Shown here: positions 55,270-64,000 of the stretch, piece by piece | Layout: the number at the start of each line of letters is the position of its first letter | Numbering within the stretch: position 1 is the stretch's first letter | DNA from: the human T2T-CHM13v2.0 reference genome, Homo sapiens | Strand: one strand, 5' to 3' | NCBI RefSeq assembly: GCF_009914755.1 | Contig: NC_060930.1 | Length of the DNA: 64,000 nt | The notes under the pieces: generated by a model | What the model was told of the DNA's origin: nothing | The model's input: the letters and a program-made list of their open reading frames with translations, nothing else | The model's database searches: none | Translations under genes and position numbers: made by a program

Positions 55270-55806
55270 TGTGGTAGACTAAACATGGCTACAAATTGCT
55301 TGCTGCTCTTCCCATCAAGAAGTAAAGTCTAATTGCCCCTTCCTTGAATCTTAGCTGGCTTTAATGAGTTCTTTGACTGATAGAATATAGCAATAATAAT
55401 GTTCTGGAACTTCTGTGGCTATGTTAGAAAAAGCCTTGAAGCTTCCACCTTGGTCTTGGAAGTTCTCTCTGGGAGTCTGGACCTGCATGTAAGAAGTCCA
55501 AGTACCCTGAGACCAACCACTTAAGGAGGTCATGTTAAGGTGCCCTGGTTAATATTCTTAGCTGAGTTTGGTGTTTGAGCCATCACCATCAAGATGCTAG
55601 TCATATGAGTAAAGACATCTTGTTCCCTCCAGACCATACCTAAACAAGTTGAAAACTACAAAGGGATACTCATAAACAACACAGGAATCACTCAGCTAAC
55701 TCCTGCTCAAAGTTCTAATGCACACGAATTCTAAGGTAAAATAGTTATTGCTTTAAGCCACTGGGTTGTAGGATCTTTTCTTATGCAGCGACAGATACCT
55801 AGAATA
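55270..55806 (+). mobile_element. MLT1G/H-like MaLR solo LTR
   Basis: TGTGGTAGACTAAACATGGCTACAAATT...CCTTGAATCT...CATGTAAGAAGTCCAAGTACCCTGAGACC...TTTAAGCCACT...GATACCTAGAATA. Confidence 0.88.
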
Positions 55807-56232
55807 GACTACCAGAAACCAGAGTTGGTCTTGAACAGGGTAGGTCTCTTTGTGTGACTGACACCTCAACCTTTTTTCTTTTGACCTTCCATCTTCTGGG
55901 TGTTGTCTGGCATTGTTTCCAACAATTGGGAAATACTAGTATCTAGATATAATAATTTGAATGGCAGATAAAAGGTAGGAGCTAGAATGGCTTGTTAAGC
56001 ACTATTACATAATAATGTTATCATTTGATATTCTATTTATTTTAAGTTCTGGTCTCCTTATGCCCTTAACAGTTCTTTTGAAAGCCAAAGCCATTGCTCT
56101 GCCCCTCGAGTGGGTGGATGAGTCTGCTTGACTGTCAGACTTCATGGATAAACTGGCTGAAACCACATAATGTTCGCTCACTCATTACCTTTCTCCTTGT
56201 TAAGCCTTTCTGATGGGTGTGCACTGAATTCA

Positions 56233-57178
<946 letters not shown>

Positions 57179-57202
57179 GATAGCAAGTGAGCCAAAGGAG
57201 AA

Positions 57203-57203
<1 letters not shown>

Positions 57204-57243
<40 letters not shown>
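57204..57243. repeat. (CA)20 microsatellite
   Basis: Read directly. Confidence 0.98.
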
Positions 57244-57246
<3 letters not shown>

Positions 57247-57419
57247 CACAGAGGCATGCATGCATGCACACACACCACAGGCACATGCACACATGCACAC
57301 ACCAGTGTTCCAATTGAGACTTTCCTACTAAAAAATTTTTAAATTTTTAATGAAAGAGGATTTGGATTTTCATTAAATAATACTGGTAACATGAATGTTA
57401 TAATTATTTATATGCTTGC

Positions 57420-58080
57420 TTAACGTCACTACCTCCACCTCCTGTCTGCTTCTCCTCAGTCCACTTCAGTGAGGCTTGTTCCCAGTCACTCTGACAAAAC
57501 GGCTCTCTCTCAGCTCCACTTTGCCAATTGTCACTTTTTTCTTTCATCTTACTTGTTCCTTCAGCTGCATTTCCCACAGTTGAGCTCTCTCCTTGAAACA
57601 CTTTCTTCTCTTGGCTTTTGAAATACCAATATTTCCTGATTTTTATCTGACCTTTATATCCACTCCTTTTCACTGTCCTTTGGTAATTTTGCCGCGTATT
57701 TCCAAGCTTCAGATATTGGAACGACTTGGTTATGAGCTGCCTTCTGTTTTTTATTTAAATGCTCTTCCCAGTTTCATTTCTAGTGTCTTGGCTTTAAATA
57801 TCATACATAAAATGATAATCCTCAAATTTACTCTCCAGAATTGTAACCTCCCTTGAGCTCCAGATTCTTACATGAAACCACTTAGTCAGGATCTCTGCTT
57901 AGAAGCATAAAGCCCTTTCAAACGTAGAATGTTTAAATCACAACTCCTGATTCTTTGTACCAATCCTTCTGTCCCTGTCCGAACCTTCTCCTCCCCACCC
58001 CTTTCTGTCTTGATAAAGGCCACTACATTTAATATCTTCTCTATCCCAGAAGCTGGAAGCAACTTTTATTTCTAGTAATC
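57420..58080 (+). mobile_element. L2 ORF2/3' remnant (further pieces near 58500-58640 and 59760-59900)
   Basis: CAGCTGCATTTCCCACAGTTGA...CTCCTTGAAACACTTTCTTCTCTTGGCTT...CCTTGAGCTCCAGA. Confidence 0.8.
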
Positions 58081-58189
58081 AAGCTTCCACTCAAGAACAT
58101 TACCAGATAGTTTTTTTTGGCTCTGATGGGGTTTATGCATTTATATTGTATGCTAGTGACTCCTGATAGAAACTTTTTAAAAATTCACG

Positions 58190-58300
58190 CTTTTAAACTT
58201 TCATGAGGGCACAGCTTTTTTGAGAATTTGATAACTATAGACTCAGTAAAAATACACATAAACCACCTAAACAAAAAGTGTGCATGTAATTTCAAATGAA
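58190..58300. mobile_element. MER103C-like hAT fragment
   Basis: TTTGAGAATTTGATAACTATAGAC...AAAAATACACATA...TGCATGTAATTTCA. Confidence 0.5.
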
Positions 58301-58679
58301 ATATGTATGTGTGTATGTATATACCTATACATAGATATAATTTTAAATGAATACATAAAATTTTAAATGTATTAAAATGAAACGTGAAAACGGTTACAGT
58401 TATAATAGACTGTAAACCAAGTTAATATACAAGACAGGAGAATTTAAGTATGTTGGAGTATTAAATTAACTCCAAAAATCTCAGGGTTTTTTCCCCTACA
58501 TCATCCATTGGTGTTTTTGACATTTGTCTCTCATACTGCACCTCTAAAATATGCTTCGAATCTGCTCCAAACCTAGTCCCAGTCACTGTTATTTCTTGTC
58601 TAACTGTCAAGATCCTTGTAATGGTCTCTCTGATTCCACTATTGTACTCACCCATAGTCTTTGTTTGGAGTCACTCTGG

Positions 58680-58915
58680 AGTATGAAGTATAGGGGGTCA
58701 AAGAGTGAGTGCTGGAAGTAGACTTTATAAATGAAAATCTTGGACCCGGCTTCTAATTAGTTGTGTCAATTTCTTTATATCTAAAATAGTGACCATAATA
58801 ATAACTTTTATTAGAGTTGTGGGGATTACATAGATTGACATATCTAAATATAAAGCATTTGGATAGCATCTAGTACAAAAAACACTCCATGTTAATATTA
58901 ATAATATTGTTATTT
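58680..58915 (+). mobile_element. MIR
   Basis: TTTCTTTATATCTAAAATAG...AGAGTTGTGGGGATTA...TAAAGCATTTGGATAGCATCTAGTACA. Confidence 0.8.
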
Positions 58916-58919
58916 TTAC

Positions 58920-59747
58920 CATATTAGGTTCACAAGAAAAGCAGAACCAAGAAGAGAGTTAATAAAAGGAATGGTTCACACGATTATGATGGATTAAAAA
59001 GTCCCCAAATCTGTAGTCTGCAAGCTAGAGACCCAGGAGAGGTGATGGTGTAGTTCCAGTCTAAAAGATAGCAGGCTCAAGACTCAAAAAGAGGTAATTT
59101 TTCAGTTCAAGTCTGACACGGCTAGCCTTTGTGTCCCGACCCAAGTCTCATCTTGAACTGTGATCCCTGTAATCCCCACTTGTCAAGGAAGAGACCAGGT
59201 GGAGGCAGTTGAATCATGGGGGCAGTTTCTCCCATGCTGTTCTCCTGATAGTGAGTTCTCATGAGATCTGATGGTTTTATAAGGGACTCTTTCCCCTTTT
59301 GCTCAGCACTTCTCCCTCCTTGTGAAGAAGGTGCCTTACTTCCCCTTTACCTTCTGCCATGATTGTAAGTTTTCTGAGGCCTCCCCAGCCATACAGAACT
59401 ATGAGTCAATTAAACCTCTTTCCGTTATAAATTACCCAGTCTCAGGCAGTTATCTATAGCCATATGAAAATAGAATAATACAAAGTCTGAAGAGAGGAAA
59501 AGACTAATGGTCCAACTCAAGCAGTGAGAAATCAGGTGTTCCCTCTTAGCCCTTTCGTTCTGTTCAGATCTTCAATTGATTAAGTGGTATCCACCCACAC
59601 TTGGGAGGGCAGTCTTCTTTACTCAGTCTGTTGATTCAAATGTTGATCTCATCCAGAAACACCCTCAGAGACACACTCAGAATAGTCTGACAAATGTCTG
59701 GGCATTCAATGGCCAAGTCCAGTGAACACAAAAAGTTAACCATTACA
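58920..59747 (-). mobile_element. MLT2C/D-like ERVL LTR interrupted by THE1D
   Basis: GTCTGCAAGCTAGAGACCCAGGAG...TGATTCAAATGTTGATCTCATCCAGAAACACCCTCA...GTTAACCATTACA. Confidence 0.9.
59114..59482 (+). mobile_element. THE1D-like solo LTR
   Basis: TG...CA ends, CATGATTGTAAGTTTTCTGAGGCCTCCCCAGCCAT, and a perfect 5-bp TSD AAGTC at 59109-59113 and 59483-59487. Confidence 0.96.
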
Positions 59748-60484
59748 ATTACTATTATCATTAGTCCACTCCTCAGCCTGAGTAAGCTTTTAAAAACATA
59801 AATCAGATCACTTCACCTCCCTGCACCAAGCCCTCCAGCAATTTCCCATCACATGCCTTACAAACACCTCTCACTCTGTCAGTGAGAGAGTTGTTCTACA
59901 GTGCTATTTCGGGTCCCTTCAGCATTCTTTCCATTTAGGTATCTCGGGTTTATCAGAAGCTCCTTCAGGAGACCACCCCTTCACCCTCCATTGTCCCTCA
60001 ACTTAGGGAACACATTAAAGATTCTAAATTGTTTCTTTAAATTACTTCTGACTACTCTGGAAGTAAGAAAAAAAGCACCCCTATATTTCTCTAAACACCA
60101 CCTCTCTTAAGCCTTCCACTTGTTTAATTAAATTCTTGGCCTTTGTTTATATAGCAAGGAGGTAAATGATGTATTGAGTTTCTGTTGACTTTGGACTCTT
60201 CCTCTGCAGCTCCTGCAGATGGTCTAGCACTTCATCATAAAACAGGGGATTATTTATCACCTATCATGTTGGGGCCCCAACCAAAACTGATTTACAAAGG
60301 GCTCAATTTTCACACATTGCTATATAAGTGTTGTCACGTTCTTTCCAAAGTAGATATTTAAACTATTAGCAACAGTCTTTGGAAATGTCCATACTCACCA
60401 GCATTGGATGTTTTTATTTGTAAAATCTTTGCTTCATTAATAGCTAAAAAAATGAATCATCATGTCACACTTTTTAATTTGCAT

Positions 60485-60752
60485 GTATATTAGATTAAGG
60501 GATCTTTTTGCCTAATGTATATACAGTGTTAATATTTTTACATATAATCTAAAAGTACAGGTGGATGAACTTAGACTATTTTTCTTTTCTTTTATCACTA
60601 GGTACTTTATATTACAGGTATATTAGATTAAAGGATCTTTTTGTCTGATGTATATACAGTGTTAATATTTTTACATATAATCTAAAAGTACATATGGATG
60701 AACTTAGACTATTTTTATTTTCTTTTATCACTAGGTACTTTATATTACAGGT
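60485..60752. repeat. 133-bp tandem duplication (two copies)
   Basis: GTATATTAGATTAA...TACTTTATATTACAG repeated with period 133. Six substitutions by manual alignment. Confidence 0.97.
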
Positions 60753-61103
60753 TGAGTATTACTTATTCAAAATGGTTGGGACCAGAAGCATTTCCAATTT
60801 CAGATTTTTTTTGGATTTTGGAATATTTGTATAATCAGAACTCTTGGGGATAGGACCCAAGTCTAAACACAGAATTCATTTATGTTTCATATACATCTTA
60901 CACACATAGCCGGAAGGTAATTGTGTACAATATTTTTAATAATTTTGTGCATGAAGCAAAGATGGTACTTAGGTGTGGAAGTATCCACACTTATTGATTG
61001 TACTTATGTGTGGAATTTTCCACCTATAATTTTGGTGCTCAAAAAGTTTTGAATTTTGGGGCATTTGAGATTTTGGATTTCTGCATTAGGCATGCCTAAC
61101 CTG
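60748..61103 (+). mobile_element. Tigger4b (MER46-type) MITE
   Basis: Termini TA|CAGGTTGAGTAT and GCATGCCTAACCTG|TA, with internal GGGACCAGAAG and GGACCCAAGTCTAAACAC. Confidence 0.92.
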
Positions 61104-61723
61104 TATTTTATTTTTAATCACGTATGATCTATTTATGCGGTTGCTCATGTTAGTCTGATGTTCCTCTTGTGTATTTGCCTGAAATGCATATATTTTCTTC
61201 GTAAAACTTCCTAAAATTCATTCCCAATATCTCATCTGTTACCTTATATTTTTTGACCTTCAAAAACTTTAGTTTGTGTGTGTGTATGCAAAGCTGTTTA
61301 TCTTTTATTTAGTTTGTTTCTCATTGCTTCTAGATACCATGCCATTCCTGACATTTGATACTTTTTGATTTCTGTTTTCTTCCAATTTTTCTGTAACTTT
61401 TATGTTTACCTCAATCAGCTTATATTTTATTTGGTAACACTGTGATAATGGTCTAAATTTACCTTTACTTTTTTTAAAAAAAAGATAACCAGTTTTTCAA
61501 ACATCATTTATTCAATAATTAATAATCCTGTCCTTCCAAACTTGTCAAGTCCTTAATAATATATGACTTTCCAGTAAGTGAAGCCATTTCTAGACTATTT
61601 ATTCTTTTCCATTGATTTGTCTGTTAATTTTAACCATTACCAGCATTTAAACATTTTTATGGACTTCTCATATTTGAAAATTTTTTGCCGTTGACTTTTA
61701 GGACTATAGGAAAGTTAAAAATT

Positions 61724-61726
<3 letters not shown>

Positions 61727-61764
<38 letters not shown>
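61727..61764. repeat. (TG)19 microsatellite
   Basis: Read directly. Confidence 0.98.
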
Positions 61765-61766
<2 letters not shown>

Positions 61767-63426
61767 GAAATTAATCAAAGTAATGTGAAGAAGTGGAACT
61801 GGTAGAGTCAATGTATAAACTTGATGTAATTGTATTTTCCAAATACTGATAAGATCCTTAGAGACTGTTTTTCTTCAACCGATTAAAACTCCCAACAGAG
61901 AAATTTATCCTGTACATTGTTGATTATTATCTGTGAAACTTTGAATGATAAACCAGTATATGAATGCGCACAAAGGTAGTTTTTATTTGGTTTATATTCT
62001 CCTCCCCACTCTCCAGTCCAGGTAAGGCACTTGAGGAGTTAGCAACATCTCTGTAGGATCCTCTATGCTATGGTTAAAAGCTGAAAATTAAAGCCATGCT
62101 CTTCAGTCAATACTCCTGAAATAACTCTCAGAATAATTTATTGAATCCTTTCAAGGAGAACTGGGAAAGTAAATTTAGCATATTATTTCTGACTTTGAAG
62201 TATAATATGTCAGACTACTTTTCTATTTATGTTATGTTTTATTTAATGATTGCTAAGAGTTATGAGTAAATACAGATTCCTAAATAAGAGGAATTGAAAT
62301 GTAGATCAGGAAACAGGAAAAATAAATGAGCAAATTGTTTAATTTGGATTTGGTATGCAATTGTTTAAGAAAAATGATCATCTCTTCGTTTTAATGAATA
62401 CTTCCAGATAGTTGGCTTTTAGTGTTGGTACAGGAAATATCAGCTTAGTCTCAGCTTCTCTGTTAATAAAAAATGTGTAAAATTCAAATTTTTGGTAATT
62501 TAAGCACATTTGTACTGAGTCATAATCACTAATCACTTTGGCATCTTAGGAAGATTAAACATTGAATCTGATGATAAAATAAAATGTGTTAGGATTAACT
62601 GCCAGATATTTGGGCCAATAGCTCTTGGGTCCTGAAAAATGACTTGATTCCAAGGGCTTAAGTCATTGGTAATTAGTGGGAGGAGGATAGTTGTGAGCCA
62701 GTTTCCTTTTTCCTTCATCCTGTTTCTCTCCATTTCATTTAAAGGACTTGAAAGTGTTCACATGGTCTCTTTAGGTCTTCTGCAAGGTAAGAATAGATTT
62801 TAAGGTAATAATGCATCAGAATAATGCTGAGAGAAGTAATTCATATTAGTGAAGCCAAAAGTTTACCTTACATTCATTTCACTCTAAAGCAAAAGGTGCA
62901 CCAGAGTGAAACAAGACTTGACCTTGCTGATATAGTTACTAGTATCTCAGTGACAGTGATGCCCAGTGGAAGCCAGGAACCCATGCAGGTGTGTGCTTGT
63001 GTGTGGGTAGAGATGGAGAAGTATGAGGGAAAGGGAAGATGTAAAAAAAATGGGGGGGGGGGAGATAGGAATATAAAGGGCACTTTGAATGCTTAATCAA
63101 AAGGGACTTTGGCATAACCAAAGGGCAGCCACATGGGAAGAATAAGAAATGTTTGTACCACCCTCTAGGTTTCAACAGTGTACCTAAGAATCTCTTGAAT
63201 AAGATGGAGTCTTTTCTGGTAAGGATGAAGCCTGTGTAATTTACTTGTGCCTATAGACACTAAAGTCAAAATTACATTTGGTGCATATCCTACTTTCTCA
63301 GGAGCTAAACCTGGACATACATCTGGAGGCATCAATAGGTTTGATTTGAGAAGCTTTATACAACAGCTGGTAATAGTAGCCGACAAATTGAGTTTAAAAC
63401 ATCTGACTTTAAAACCCCTGTCACTA

Positions 63427-64000
63427 TGTCAGAGGCATTTAAACCAGGGTGACTCTGTCTTGAACAGGGGCTAGGTAAACTGAGGTTGAGACCTATTGGG
63501 CTGCATTCCCAGGAGGTTAGGCATTCTAAGTCACAGGAAGAGAGAGGAGGTCAGCACAAGATCCAGGTCACAAAGACCTTGCTGATAAAACAGGTTTCAG
63601 TGAAGAAGCCAGCCCCAAATCCCACCAAAAACAAGATGGTCATGAAAGTGACTTCTGGTTTTCCTCACTGCTCATTATACACTAACTGTAATGCATTAGC
63701 ATGCCTAAAAGACACTCCCACGAGTGCCATGATAGTTTGCAAATGCCACGGAAATGTCAGGAAGTTACGCTGCATAGTCTACAAAGGGGAGGAACCCTCA
63801 GTTTTGGGAATTGTCCACCTCTTTCTTGGAAAACTCCTGAATAATCCACCCATTGTTTAGCATATAATCAATAAATAACTATTAAGTATTATCAGTCGAG
63901 CAGCCCAAGCTGCTGCTCTGCCTATGGAGTAGTCATTCTTTATTCCTTTATTTCTCTAATAAACTTGCTTTCACTTTATGGTCACTGCCTCGAATTCTTT
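63427..64000 (+). mobile_element. MER41B (ERV1) LTR, running off the window end
   Basis: TGTCAGAGGCATTTAAACCAG...GGGCTGCATTCCCAGGAGGTTAGGCATTCTAAGTCACAGG...GCTGCTCTGCCTATGGAGTAG...AATAAACTTGCTTTCACTTTA. Confidence 0.93.
63823..63831. promoter_or_regulatory. Intact GAS (STAT) motif TTCTTGGAA in MER41B
   Basis: Matches TTCNNNGAA at the position of the second MER41B GAS site. The first site (63802-63810, TTTTGGGAA) is broken. Function not shown. Confidence 0.45.

Noticed and set aside
63027-63062. G11 run with nearby GGG tracts as a G-quadruplex
   Set aside because: Needs a 16-nt loop and has no supporting context. A simple homopolymer.
63486-63860. 124-aa ORF
   Set aside because: Read-through of the MER41B LTR.

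Overview
AT-rich, repeat-dense primate (most likely human) genomic DNA, either intergenic or deep intronic. AluJ/S/Y, THE1, MST and MER41 elements point to an anthropoid primate. I can support no protein-coding gene, RNA gene, CpG island or CRISPR array. The listed ORFs are Alu, L1, LTR or Tigger read-throughs, or chance ORFs. Much of the window is recognisable transposon fossil: Alus, old L1M, L2, MIR, MaLR/ERVL/ERV1 LTRs and Tigger/hAT DNA transposons. Family calls come from remembered consensus sequences, not a database search, so subfamilies and the edges of old elements are approximate. Points worth following up: (1) a five-level nest, L1 > full-length Tigger1 > AluJ > MSTB > AluSc, which contains an inverted duplication resembling a template switch; (2) two fold-back regions I cannot assign to a repeat family (3512-3699 and 50985-51186); (3) a well-formed non-coding exon candidate at 32905-32975 and a recursive-splice-like site at 62021; (4) a 133-bp tandem duplication ending inside a Tigger4 terminal repeat; (5) a MER41B LTR that keeps one of its two STAT GAS sites. 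I found no convincing new biological system; the best leads are possible lncRNA, structured-RNA or enhancer elements.
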